A program made the translations under genes and the position numbers. DNA of 33,000 nucleotides from Botryllus schlosseri (Eukaryota). The DNA lies in NCBI GenBank assembly GCA_051294905.1, contig CM119386.1, positions 11,904,001 to 11,937,000 of the forward strand, written 5' to 3'. Below the pieces are notes generated by a model, which saw nothing but the letters and a program-made list of their open reading frames with translations, had not been told where the DNA came from and did no database searches. Below, piece by piece: positions 1-12,192 of this stretch; positions within the stretch are counted from its first letter, which is position 1, and every line of letters begins with the position of its first letter.

Positions 1-85
1 ACCTTCGAAAAAAATCCAAAGTAATCGTAATCGTAATCGACTACTTCACATATCTAATCGATTTTTTTGTGAAAGAACGATTACT
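1..85. repeat. (GTAATC)n-containing element fragment, truncated by window start
   Basis: GTAATCGTAATCGTAATCGACTACTTC is shared with the element at 3985-4293. Confidence 0.6.
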
Positions 86-527
86 TTTTATTTGTACAAT
101 GAATATGACACAACCGTACATTCGTGAACAAGGAAGAGATATTATACCAGGTTATTGATAGCGCAAGCGGTTGATTTTCAACGGCCACTGCTCATTATTA
201 CGTCAGAAGTATTAGCTTTGCTATGCTTCGATGTACATTGTTATGTGATAGTTAGAACAGTGTATGCCATTCTGTATATCTGGTTATCAATACACTCCAG
301 ACGCCACTACCTCGCAGCAAGATAATAATCACCACTCTGCCTAGTTTCAAATAGTAACTTATGTATTGATGTTTGGTTATGGTTATGCTCATAGTTAAAC
401 GCAGTTTGACCGTTGCCGCTTGGCGAGCAGTAGGCCTATCTATGTAGTATACGTATGTATTGTACGTACACCGGACAAAGATTTGAAGTTTTGTACTCGT
501 CAAATAAAACATTACGATGGTTTAAAT

Positions 528-2366
528 CAGTGGTTCTTAACCTTGCCTCCAGCGCCCCCCAAGGGGCGCTGGCGATTTTGAAGGGGGCGGAAACGCTCAG
601 GTGGCGATATGGGGGGCGCTCGGCTCAGTAGGGCGGTATGGGGGGCGCTGGAGATGATGTGGTGGTAGGACATATCCTTAATGAGTATTCAGAGCAAATT
701 AACACCGAAAACTTCGTTATATATAGCCTACAAAAGACATATAGGTTTAATTGTCCATGGGCGCCGAATGTTCCTGTCTTGGCAATCTGAACCCCAGAAG
801 ACGAATTCCATCTGGCAGGGAAAAATTATATGCCAGTGAAGAAATACCAATTTGAAATCGTGTGCGTCTTTTAGTCTAGTACGATTGGGCGACAGGGATA
901 TGTAAAACTATTTATTCCTGTTGGGCGATATCCCTGTTGGGCGATTCTATATGTTTTGATATATAAGACAGGAGGTCTCGAAATAACATCATGCAACGAA
1001 GTCATACCGACGGGTTCGCCAGCCCGAATATGTTTAATTATTAGTTACGGGCCCTACAGTTTCCAAGACACCTCACAATGTTCGCTCTAAGATTTGATGA
1101 GTCTGCGCACACTCAACAACTCACTGCGCTGACCCTTGGACAACATTGCGTAACGACTAAAAAAAGGTCATAACTTTGAATTTGTTGTGCGCAACGTAGA
1201 TTTTACGTGCGCAGAGACCGTGTCAGCATTGCGCACGTGCGCACCTTAGAGGGAACATTGCACCTCACTCAGCTCTACCGGTAAATCTGGTAAGGTGAGC
1301 AGAGAGGACAGGAAATTGATAGCAATATATATGCAATTCCCGATCTTACTGACCGATTTTAGCATGAATTATCGAAAGTTTTCGCGGTTCGCGCTGGCTC
1401 GCTAAACAGTACAGCCGATTCCGTGGCAAAAGCGAACAACGTGATGGGGGGGTCGGTCGGTTTATCACCCTATAGGAGCCCAAGACCCAAGTTTTTTCGG
1501 GGGCCTGATGAAGTGCCGTTTCGTTCCTGCCAACGGCAATACGCCCGAAGATGTATAATTATTATTGAGGGGTCCTACCTTTTCAATCACACATCACTCA
1601 GCTCTATCGGTAAATCTGTTTACGTGAGGAGAGAGAGGATAAAAATTGATCTCAATATAAATGCAATTCCCGATCACATTGACAAATTCGGTCATTAATT
1701 AGTGAATTTTTTCGCGCTTCGCGCGTCTAAGCGAGAATAGCTGCCTCAGTAAATGGACACCCAATATAGATGACTAGTATCAGCAAATAGCAGATCGCGG
1801 AAGGGGGGTCTGGGGGCAAAGCTCCCCGTAAGTTTGGTTTATCACCCGATGGGGGGCCCAAGACCAACGTTTTTTTTTGTGGGGGTTGACAAAGTGCTGT
1901 TACGCCCTGGTAACGAATTATTTGTACCTACGGGCACGCCCGAATATGTTTAATTATTAATTACGTGCCCTTTATTTTTCCATACAACAGCTCACTCAGC
2001 GCTACTAGTAAATCTGATTACGTGGGCTGAGAGGATAAAAAGTTTATAGCGACTTATATATGTAATTACCACCAATTCATTCATGCAATATAGAAATTTT
2101 GGTACCTAGGGCGACCAGGCCACACAAACTTTGCTGACCACCGAAATCCCGCTATGGGGTTCTTGGGGGCGACGCCCGTAGAAGTTTGGTTTATCACGCT
2201 ATGGGTGCGCAAGGTATCGTTTTTTGGGGGTTGACGAAATGCTGTTACGACCCTCCCTCTTACTCATTGTCTTTATTACATTCCTTACAATATGAGGTTG
2301 GGGGGCGGCTGGAGCACGATAATTTTTGAAAGTGGGCGCTTGAGGAAAAAAGGTTAAGAACCACTG
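528..2366 (+). mobile_element. Non-autonomous hAT element, family A copy 1 (~1.84 kb)
   Basis: TIR CAGTGGTTCTTAACCT at both ends; perfect 8-bp TSD GTTTAAAT (520-527, 2367-2374); inverted homologue at 7341-9219. Confidence 0.95.
1076..1260. mobile_element. MITE nested in A1
   Basis: TIR CAATGTTC(G/C)CTCTAAG; 7-bp direct repeat CACCTCA on both flanks; same insertion in A2. Confidence 0.85.
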
Positions 2367-2599
2367 GTTTAAATCAACAGCTGCCTTTATATATCATAAC
2401 CGAGCCGTTCTTTGCCGTTTCTCGTAACGGCATAACGGCAGCTTGCAGTATCTGTATTAAGTGGAAGGTAGAATTTTAAGTTCACTTTATCTTATTCTCA
2501 TAGGACTACTTGAAACGGGCACCAATCGATATTTCACAATTCTTCACTCGACATTTATACCTGCCGCCATAGCCATCCGCTTATACACCATGTTAGCGT

Positions 2600-3345
2600 G
2601 GGTTGTAGGAATGTAGGTACATTGGTACAATCAGGACCAAAACAGCAATTCGTCCCCCACTCCAAACGTTGGCATTGGTAAGGTTGTAAACAAGTTACAA
2701 TGTTCTGAGTCACAAGTCAATCTCACTTTTATAGTTTTGACTCGAGTCAAGTCGATTCATTTTCAATCAACCAACGACTCAAGTCCGAGTCCAAGTCAAC
2801 TAGTATAGGGTCGAGTCCGAGTCATAATTTTTGACTCGAGTACGAGTCCAAGTCGTTATGTTCACGGATCAGTTTTCTGAACAATCCGGTTCAACCCTCT
2901 TTTTTCAACTCTGCTCGAGTGATATAGAATGGCTCGTATTCATAATATAGTAATTTTCATCAGTTTTCACAGCTTACGGCCCTATTTCCAAGTATCAGGA
3001 CTGATAGACGAAATACAAATAATGTGGTAACTTTACTATTCTTCGAAGTTACATGGAATGTCTGTCTTGGCCGTTCTAGTCTCGAGTCATATGACTTGGT
3101 TCGAGTCATGCAAAATGACTTGAGTACAAGTCGAGTCAATACAATAATGACTCGAGTCAAGTCTAGTCACCAAAAAATCGCGACTCGAGTCGAGTCATGA
3201 CTCGAGTCATTACAACCCTGGGTATTGGGGCCCCATAGGGTGGTCAGTTTTCAAGTTGATGACTTAATTTCGTCAATAATATTGGTAATTGCATTATATT
3301 GCTATTCATTCAGATTTACCGGTAGAGCTGGGGGCAAGTAATTCA
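2600..3345 (-). repeat. Older truncated family-A module, split by MITE B1
   Basis: Joining 2641-2678 to 3229-3240 gives AACAGCAATTCGTCCCCC..AAACGTTGGCATTGGGGCCCCATAGGG, matching A2 ~7802-7855; CAGATTTACCGGTAGAGCTG at ~3311 is also a family-A motif. Confidence 0.6.
2679..3220. mobile_element. hAT-type MITE family B copy 1 (GACTCGAGTC arrays)
   Basis: Ends TAAGGTTGTAA / TTACAACCCTG; TSD GGCATTGG/GGTATTGG (7/8); many GACTCGAGTC palindromes; inverted copy at 11421-11942. Confidence 0.85.
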
Positions 3346-3984
3346 TAATTGTAGCATCTGGTATGTTGTTATAATTTCATTATTATTTGTTGTTAATTCG
3401 TGAACTCCCATCTTTTATATAATCAAAAGGTACTGTAGTCGCCGAAACGTAGCAGACTACAAGAAAAACTTTCGTGAGACGCTTACAAATTGTCATGTCT
3501 TCATTCCTCTGTGAGTGCCCCGGGTGGCATTTGCATTGTTGGGGCTCAGATTGGAAGGACCGAACTATTCGTCACGCCCACAGAGCGCGGCTACTGACAA
3601 TGGACACATACCCAACGTTTTGACCAAGGTCATTCTTTCGTAGCACACTTTGTGGAGTTGCATGTTGGCCGAAATTGCATACGTCCTTTAGTGTGTCGTG
3701 GCGGGGTAATGACCGCCACCAAAATGCCTATTCCTATAAATTATGCAGGCTTTTTTTCTTGAGGGGGAGAGGTATGCATTTCAAAATCAAAGCTATTTAG
3801 AGACAATAAATTCCGAAGCGCGAAGAAAATTTTCAAGTTAATTAACTCTCTTGAAAATATGTTGATTTACGAAATACTTTTAAGTCCCCTTAGAGCTCGC
3901 TCCCGGTCCTGTTGGGAGTTTGGGGTGTGGCAGTTACGGACCTGGCAAGAATGCAAATCGTTGGGTGCGACGAATAGTCCTGCA

Positions 3985-4293
3985 TAGAGATGGGCAATGG
4001 GCGCATTATGACGTAACAAGCAAATGACGTATGATTTATAAAGAAAGTTGTTATCTCATTAGACCTTTTCATCGCAAGCCTTATATTGTCTCCCAATATC
4101 TCTCCTGAAATTAGTTCTAAGAAGCAAAACAAATGTAATCGTGAGTAATCGTGATTACATTTGAAAAGTAATCGTAATCGTAATCGACTACTTCCTGATT
4201 TGGCTGTAATCGTAATCGTAATCGTAATCGCGGGATTCACAAATAATCGTAATCGCAATCGATTACATTCGTGAAGTAATCACCCCATGTCTG
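3985..4293. mobile_element. Putative MITE with (GTAATC)n arrays
   Basis: Ends TAGAGATGGG / CCCATGTCTG (imperfect TIR); multiple GTAATC runs; no matching TSD found. Confidence 0.55.
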
Positions 4294-4869
4294 TTTGAAA
4301 TACAGATTGAGTTGTTATTTCTTCTGAATCGAGTAAAGAATCGAGTTATATGTACGTACAGTACATGCAAAAAGGCGTTTGTATCGCTCACACAGACGTA
4401 TAACTGCCTCAGTCGATAATTATCAGACAAAATAGAGAATAGAATTCGAAACCTCAGAAAGTAGAAACGAATTGCTATGCTTTAATACATTACCCACCTA
4501 CACATTCATGAGATACAAGTCAAGCCAATACGCCAACGGTTGACGAGTTTATATATAGGCCTACTTATAAACTGCATTCGAATTCTATCTAAATCAAACA
4601 CGCTGTTTGGTTAACCTTAGAACATAGAACAATGAGCAATCTACAGGATATATGTTTTGATACAGATTACTTTATTATTAGTCTACGACAACGTAAGCTC
4701 TAAGCTCCTATCACGTGTTTTGCGGTCAAGCTATTTGTTATAGAAAAATGCAGGCTCAGTAAAACCCACGATCATTGAATGATTGGTCGCTCTCACAGGT
4801 TACAGCAGCGTTTCACGAACAATCCGGACATATAGGAGAGATGCAGTGATTTTTATCGACACTGATAAC

Positions 4870-5020
4870 TTGATGACTTGAAATTGACTCGTAAATTTTT
4901 CTCCGAGTCACGAGTCAATCCACATTTCTGATACGCCGAGTCAAGTTAAGTCATTTTTGCAAAGTGACTCGAGTCAAGTCAAGTCATACGAAAAAGGTGA
5001 CTCGAGTCATCCCAACACTG
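4870..5020. mobile_element. Partial B-related MITE (right end only)
   Basis: GACTCGAGTCA motifs ending in GACTCGAGTCATCCCAACACTG (reverse complement CAGTGTTGGGATGACTCGAG); left end not found. Confidence 0.55.
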
Positions 5021-5032
5021 CTCCAGACATCA

Positions 5033-5139
5033 TGTCCGAGTGGCAACACAGTACGAATATACCAAAGATGTGATGTCCTAGTGCCAACAAAGTCCGAACA
5101 TGCCCAACACATTGTGTCCTAGTGGCATTACAGTCCGAA
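5033..5139. repeat. 41-bp-period minisatellite (~2.6 units)
   Basis: TGTCC(G/T)AGTG(G/C)CA...AGT(A/C)CGAA cores start at 5033, 5074 and 5115. Confidence 0.8.
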
Positions 5140-5493
5140 TCAATTCCAGACATAATGCTGTCCGGCCGCTGGTATGCGATATTTGTTTCCAAAGAGACCA
5201 GCAATTGATAGCTTTATCTGGCTATTCAACCGTAAGTCACGTGTTGCGCATCTACCGTATGTTAGTTATAGCGCAGGTTTCATCGTAGATGATTTCAATA
5301 ACAATATTTGACCTGTTGCTGTTATACTTTCACCGTAATGTCACTAACGAAACTCGAAATTTTGTCAATTTATGAAATTGGGCAAAATTCATAGCGACGG
5401 GATAGAGCGATTCTGAATCGGATTCAGCAACCGAATTTAGCCTATATCTTTTATAAAAATTTTAGCAGGGATTTTATTTTGAAATTTGTAGAC

Positions 5494-7286
5494 CAGGGGT
5501 GTCAAATATACAGCCCGCGGGCCGCTTCTGGCCAGACAGACCATTTCATCCGGCCCGCGAGGTCATTCGAAGTAAATTGAAAAGTTATTGTAATATACAG
5601 CACATTTCTAAAGGTAGTAAATGTCGAACATTTTCATAGGCCACATTATAACCATCTGTCGACAGTGCTGAGTTTTCACTCAAGTAACCATCGGGAACAA
5701 GGTGGTGACATTGACACTACATCATGGGAAGGCAAAAATAGCACATTCTGTTCAGAGTTTTCTGGGGAAATGGACCAAATATTATAGTTATTCACAGAGG
5801 CGGCAACAACAATTCGAAACCGTTGCATGTAAAATACACGGAGAATATAATAGGGGAGATGTGGTACCGATGGATCACTGGGACCGAAAATACTTTGAAA
5901 ATTCTCTATGATAATTCCATGATTACACTCCGTGAACTTGTCCACAATTGCTTGCTGGCAAAATCTTTCCTCATATACAAAAAAATTCGACGTGCGCGAG
6001 CTATGGGGTCTCTCACAGATGTTTTTTTGTTTTGGGGGGTGTAAAGTAAATTTATATCGACATATACATTTTTCTTTGTAATCTTCAACACGAACAAACC
6101 AGCAATCAATTTTATTGTGAAGTGCAGGGCTTGTAGCAGGCTATATAATGGCACCTATTATTTTTTTCAGTACTTTCCTTGAGTGGAATTTTTTTCGATT
6201 CATGTATAAAATTCGTAGGGTGGGGGCCGATGATACAATAGCCAAATCAAGCAAAATAATCAAGCATACTAATCATAAAACAAATGAAACATGCCTAAGT
6301 ACAGAAAATCTTTATGTAATAATTGCATATGATGTTTTATCGCTATAACGAGGTGTTTGGAAGTCACGCTGTCGATTTTCGGGCACTATGTATGTACCCT
6401 CAAATTTATAAGTCCGAGCCTAAATCGAAACGTGATTTTAAGACAACATTTGAGTTAATATTTATTCTATTTCTTGACGGTTGCGATCAAACATTCTTCT
6501 TTGGCTTACTGTAGCTTAGATTATAATACTGAGCAATAAAAGTTGTCACATCTGAGGTATTTAGGGTATATGTGTCATAGGTCCCCGGGTAGTGTGCCAT
6601 TGGACCCACCGGGTGGGGACCGATGACACGTTTGAGCAACAAATTTTGAACGTCCATAAATATTTTTTGAAAATACGGATATTCATGTATATGTGCGCGA
6701 TAGGTAGAGCTTGTATCAAAGTGCTGAGCCAGCAAAAGACCTGCTGTTTTAGGCTGAACATTTTGGGGCCAGCGATCATTTTCCAATTTTTGATCCATCG
6801 GTACCACATCTCCCCTACCTACACGAAAAAGAGAATTCAAATATCTCTGGTCGCACTGCTGCTTGTATTACTCTGACCGAAAAAGCCCCAGCCCCGGTCT
6901 CCAGAGAAATCGAATGGTGAATTAGTGATATAAGAATGATGAACAAAATATCAGCGCCCTCGTTTACAACATCTTATATTCCTCACCACGAATATACGCA
7001 GGGCCAAACGACGGAGATCAAGGTGATCTCTGAATTATTTCAACTTACATCGTCGTTAGAGCCACTGTTTAAGTAGTTTAGAATGGTGTTCTATCGGCCA
7101 ATCATCGCATTTTGTCGATACCATTGTTTGCAAATAACAATGTTACTAGAATAGAGTCCATATGATCCGTGATATAATATATAACACTATATTGCATGGC
7201 GGTTGAAAATAACGCATTCCAGTGAAAAACAAAGGTATATGGTATATGGCGAGCGATCAACACCCGAGTTGAGTTTGACACCCCTG
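5494..7286. mobile_element. Non-autonomous hAT (Charlie/Buster-like) element D
   Basis: TIR CAGGGGTGTCAAA; perfect TSD TTGTAGAC (5486-5493, 7287-7294); GCCCGCGGGCC subterminal motif. Confidence 0.93.
5851..6817. mobile_element. TA-flanked non-autonomous DNA transposon E nested in D (coordinates include the flanking TA)
   Basis: Perfect 27-bp inverted repeat TAGGGGAGATGTGGTACCGATGGATCA (5851-5877, 6791-6817); internal GG(A/G)CCGATGA variants at ~6223 and ~6616. Confidence 0.88.
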
Positions 7287-7340
7287 TTGTAGACCAATGC
7301 CGACACTATTATTGGCGTTCATGTTCACATTGGTGTAGGC

Positions 7341-9219
7341 CAGTGGTTCTTAACCTTTTTTTCCTCCAGCGCCCCCTTTCAAAAATTATCGTGCTCCAGC
7401 GCCCCCCCCCCCCCAATCTCATATTGTAAGGAATGTAATAAAGACAATGAGTAACAGCACTTCGTCAACCCCCTAAAAACGATGGCCTTGCGCACCCATA
7501 GCGTGATAAACGAAACTTCTGAGGGCTTCTCCCCCAAGAACCCCGTAGCGTGATTTCGATGGTCCGCAAAGTTTGTGTTGCCTGGTCGCCCTAGGTACCA
7601 AAATTTTCTATAATGCATGAATGAATAGGTGGTAGTTACATATATAAGCCGCTATAAACCTTTTATCCTCTCAGCCCACAAAATCAGATTTACCAGTAGC
7701 GCTGAGTGAGGTGTTGTATGGGGAAAATAAAGGGCACATAATTAATAATTAAACATATTCGGGCGTGCCCGTAAGTACAATTAATTCGTTACCAGGGATG
7801 TAACAGCACTTCGTCAGCCCCCCCAAAAAAACGTTGGTCTTGGGCCCCCATCGGGTGATAAACTTAACTTCCGGGGGGCTTCGCCTCCAGACCCATCTTT
7901 GGCTATCCGCTATTTGCTGATACTAGTCATCTACATTGGGTGTCCACTGTCCACTGTCCACTGTCCATTTACTGAGCCAGCTATTCTCATCTAGACGAGC
8001 GAAGCGCGAAAAATTTCAATAATTAATGATTGAATTGGTCAATATGATCGGGAATTGTATGTATAATGATATCAATTTTTCTGCTCTCTCTTCTCACGTA
8101 AACAGATTTACCGGTAGAGCTGAGTGATGTGTGATTGAAAAGGTAGGACCCCTCAATCATAATTATACATCTTTGGGCGTATACCCGTTTGCAGGAACGA
8201 AACGGCACTTCGTCAGGCCCGCCGAAAAAATCGGGGTCTTGGGCTCCCATAGGGTGATAAACCGACCGCCCCCCATCTCGTTGTTCGCTTTTGCCACGAA
8301 ATCAGCTGAACTGTTTAGCGAGTTAGTGCGAAGCGCGAAAACTTTCGATAATTCATGTTAATATCGGTCAGTAAGATCGGGAATTGCATATATATTGCTA
8401 TCAATTCCTTATCCTCTCTGCTCACGTTACCAGATTTACCGGTAGAGCTGAATGAGGTGCAATGTTCCCTCTAAGCTGCGCACGTGCGCAGTGCTGACAC
8501 GGTCTCTGCGCACAGAAAATCTACGTTGCGCACAACAGATCCGAAGTTATGACCTTTTTTTAGTCGTTACGCACTGTTGTCCAAGGGTCTGCGCAGTGAG
8601 TTGTTGAGTGTGCGCAGACTCATCAAAACGTAGAGCGAACATTGTGAGGTGTCTTGGAAACTGTAAGGCCCGTAACTAATAATTAAACATATTCGGGCGG
8701 GCGAACCCGTTGGTATGACTTCGTTGCATGTTATTTCGTGACCTCCTGTCTGTTATATCAAAAAATATAGAATCGCCCAACAGGGATATCGCCCAACAGG
8801 AATATCTAGTCTTAGATATCCCTGTCGCCCAATCGTACTAAACTAAAAGACGCACACGATTTCAAATTGGTATTTCTTCACTGGCATATACTTTTTCCCC
8901 GCCAGATGGAATTCCTCTTCTGGGGTTCATATTGCAAAGACAGGAACATACGGTGCCAGCCATTTAGGCGCCCATGGACAATTAAACCTGTCTTTTGTAG
9001 GCTATATATAACGAAGTTTTCGGTGTTAATTTGCTCTGAATACTCATTAAGGATATGTCCTACCACCGCATCATCTACCGCGAAGCCATTTTTCTCCAGC
9101 GCCCCCCATACCGCCCCCCTGAGCCCAGCGCCCCCCATTTCGCCCACTGAGCGTTTCCGCCCCCTTCAAATTCGCCAGCGCCCCTTGGGGGGCACTGGAG
9201 GCAAGGTTAAGAACCACTG
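7341..9219 (-). mobile_element. Non-autonomous hAT element, family A copy 2 (inverted, ~1.88 kb)
   Basis: Same TIRs as A1; perfect TSD GTGTAGGC (7333-7340, 9220-9227); colinear reverse-complement similarity to 528-2366. Confidence 0.95.
8460..8644. mobile_element. MITE nested in A2 (counterpart of 1076-1260)
   Basis: CAATGTTCCCTCTAAG ... TAGAGCGAACATTG flanked by TGAGGTG on both sides. Confidence 0.85.
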
Positions 9220-9229
9220 GTGTAGGCTA

Positions 9230-9250
9230 TGTTGTTGTTGTTGTTGTTGT
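9230..9250. repeat. (TGT)n microsatellite
   Basis: Direct inspection. Confidence 0.85.
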
Positions 9251-9304
9251 TTGTGGTATTCATGGTGTTTGTCGACTACTATCGTCATTTACACCAGGCC
9301 GATA

Positions 9305-10007
9305 TTCTGCGCTCATTCTGTGGGTTTGACGCTTTCCTGTTGATATTTACATGGCGCGGTCTTCGAAACTCACAAACGAAAAGCACTTTATTAAACACTA
9401 TAATTGGTGCTTCCGTGTAGCGAGCATTGAATATATCCGAAATCATAATCCGTGCACATCTTCACAGCGACCAAGCCGAAGAGGTACCATTAAGCCATGC
9501 TGCAGGAGATTGTTGAGGATGAATACTAGCACTTCTGTGGATACTGTCTTTTCTCTTGTGTATGCCCAAACCACCCATCCTGTAATAACAGGAAATCGTA
9601 ATGTATTCGCATGGTATATTCACATTACAGAAGTAGTCAGTAGAGAATGGCTTCTACATCTTCGAAGTCCTCAAGTGGGCTTGCCTGTTTACTCAAGGGG
9701 TTAAGTTTTTTTCAGACCATTCCACTTCTACGTCACATTGTTTTAGGCATAACTACTTTTATTACCTTTCGCTTTTGTAACGTAGAAAGTAGTCATCCTT
9801 TATTTGAGTGGAGCAAGCAGGGGAAAGAGCCCTTTATCTCGGTAACTGAATAAAGTTTCGATAATTTTATCTATATTTAGTGTCATTAGCCATTTGCATT
9901 AGTCGCGAAGATGCACCCTGACGTTCCGAAAATAGCCACTTCTGATTAACTTCTAAAAGTACTCAATAAATCGACAAACTCTACCTTATGAAACTACTTA
10001 CTTGAGT
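9305..10007. repeat. Segmental-duplication block 1, unit A (paralogue at ~17090-17820)
   Basis: Long colinear identity, e.g. TTAAGCCATGCTGCAGGAGATTGTTGAGGATGAATACTA and CATTTGCATTAGTC in both copies. Confidence 0.85.
9340..9615 (-). pseudogene. Decayed coding segment of unknown protein (..GWVVWAYTREKTVSTEVLVFILNNLLQHGL / ISDIFNARYTEAPIIVFNK..)
   Basis: Differences from the 17130-17380 paralogue are largely synonymous in these minus frames; frameshift between the two parts. Confidence 0.45.
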
Positions 10008-11149
10008 ACTTTTTAGATCTTTTTTTATTTCCACTTAAAGTAGTTTCAACATGTATTCGAAATCGCTACTTTTAGTGTGAGGAGAAATTAGCGGCATTAC
10101 TTTTGGCGTATTTTTGGCATTTTTCATATATTATTTTTATCAATTTTGGCATCACCAGGAATTAATACTTGTATACTCGAATTAACGATGTAAAACGCTG
10201 TATAAATTAGTTTTTCATATCAAACGAAAGTCACAAACTTAGAGTGTCCACTCTGTGTCATCAAACAGCGAGAGTAAAAACCGAATGGACAACGGTGTAG
10301 GAGAGTCAATTCACCCAATCAAATCCGACCGACTTCTTCTGCAATGTCTAATCCGAAAAGTCGATTCGATATGCGTGCATAGTTACCTACATTCACACAG
10401 ATCGCAATACCACTTTTGATAAAAATTCAAGATCGTTACCGACACGTTTGAATCACAGCCCTTCACTCGCTAACCAATGGTTAGAAATCACGAGTTGCTT
10501 TAATATTCAATATAATATGAAAACATATCCAACGGGCAAAAACAACAGCATAGTAAAGCACTGAATGTTTGCAGGTTTGTGTATGGTACGCATTGATTGG
10601 GGTTACTTCTTGGCGACTGCGGCATTTTGCACTGTGTAAGTGTGTATGAATTGTTCATCGTTGAGACTATATCCCTATTGTCCGACGGGACACAGTCTAT
10701 CAGTGATTGCACCATATGCTGATATCTTCATTAACAATTTGAAAGTAAATGGTATTATATATAGGCCTAAGCATTGACCTAAATGCAGCATGGGTCGCGC
10801 GTGTCGGCTACATGAGGTAGCAAAATGCACGAGCGTGACAACAGGGAAATGCATAGTCAATTAGTCATTTAGCTACATCCCTAATCGCTGGGTATCATTT
10901 ACCAACCGGTTTGATCAATCCACAGTACATCGTAAATCCAGATTTCAATACTCGACTGTTTGGTCTCGACCCTAAGATTTTCATTCGCATTACATAGATC
11001 TCTTGGACGGTAGACCGCGGCCTTCCGAAGGGTTCACGAAGCTTAATTCAGGAATTTAGCGTTACACACTTGTTTTGTCGTTTCATGCAGACTCATTTCA
11101 CTACTTGTTGCAATTTATATCTAAAACTTTCATAAAAATCTATAGTTTC

Positions 11150-11227
11150 AAAAAGCCCTATTTTTGGTATTTTAAATTTTTTATTTTTGGCATTTGGTTC
11201 TCGAAATACCAAAATTAACACGGCCTG
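11150..11227. mobile_element. Isolated terminus of hAT family F
   Basis: Ends AAATACCAAAATTAACACGGCCTG, matching 15160-15182; related TTTTGGCA motifs at ~10095-10150. Confidence 0.65.
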
Positions 11228-11420
11228 CTTGTACTTATACTTGAGTACAAACGCTTTCTAAGTTGATCATTTCCCGCATATACGACCTATACTTATTCAA
11301 TGTTATTATTATAGAGGTCAAAGGTATTTGCTTTCATATCCCCTCCGACGAGGAATACCAGACAGCTAGTAAAGGCAAGGACTGGCACTTCTCTATTCTA
11401 ATTAGGACAATGACGCTGAT

Positions 11421-11942
11421 CAGGGTTCTAATGACTCGAATCAAGAATGTTTGGTGACTCGACTTGACTCAGTCATTTATTCAGATATGTAAAATGACTC
11501 GGCTTGACTCGAGTCAATTTCTGTGTTGAATCGACTTGTACTCGAGTCATTGTGCATGACTCGAACCGATCATATGACTGGAAACTAGGGCGGCCAAGAC
11601 AGACATTTCATGGTAATTACGAAGATTAGTACAGCCACCACATTATTGGTATTTCGTCTATCTGTCCTGAAACTTGGAAAATTGGGCCAGAAACTGTCAG
11701 GACTGAGGAAAAGTACGATTATATGCTGCGAGCCATCTACATCACTCGAACAGAGTTGTAAAAAGTGGTTTGAACCGGATTAAACTAAAAATTGAACAGT
11801 GATCACAATGACTTACTGGTCTCGGACTCGAGTCACAACACTGTGACTATGTGGAGAATTGAAAAATGACTTGACTTGACTCGAGTCAAAGCTATAAAAG
11901 TGAGATTGACTTGGGACTCGAAACTTCACGGTTACAACGCTG
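11421..11942. mobile_element. hAT-type MITE family B copy 2 (inverted relative to B1)
   Basis: Ends CAGGGTTCTAATGACTCG / TTACAACGCTG; TSD ACGCTGAT/ATGCTGAT (7/8). Confidence 0.88.
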
Positions 11943-12192
11943 ATGCTGATCTATATATCGTTACACATGATAGGCTTCATATCACATGTGCGTCATCTAT
12001 GTATTAGAATTTTAAAATGTAATTTCAGGGCAGTCAGTTCATGACATGTCACTATAATAACATTCGTTGTGGTGAGAATCCATATTCTCCAATTTCGCTA
12101 GGGTTCACGAATGCCATGAAGAGTCCGTGATTAGTCAATCGGACATGACTTTTCATAAAGCCCCACAGGGCACTCGTTACCAACGAACTTAC

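Noticed and set aside
5033-5139. CRISPR-like repeat-spacer array
   Set aside because: Only ~2.6 units, linkers resemble each other, no cas genes, eukaryotic TE context
252-9343. Supplied ORFs of 60-158 aa in the first 9 kb
   Set aside because: Most lie inside non-autonomous TEs or simple repeats (e.g. ITITIT and RLRLRL from GTAATC); none shows a recognisable domain
9480-9585. Minus-frame RMGGLGI...AAWLN resembling a CRE/R2-type non-LTR ORF
   Set aside because: The substitution pattern between the two copies favours a different minus frame (GWVVWAY...), so the motif is probably coincidental
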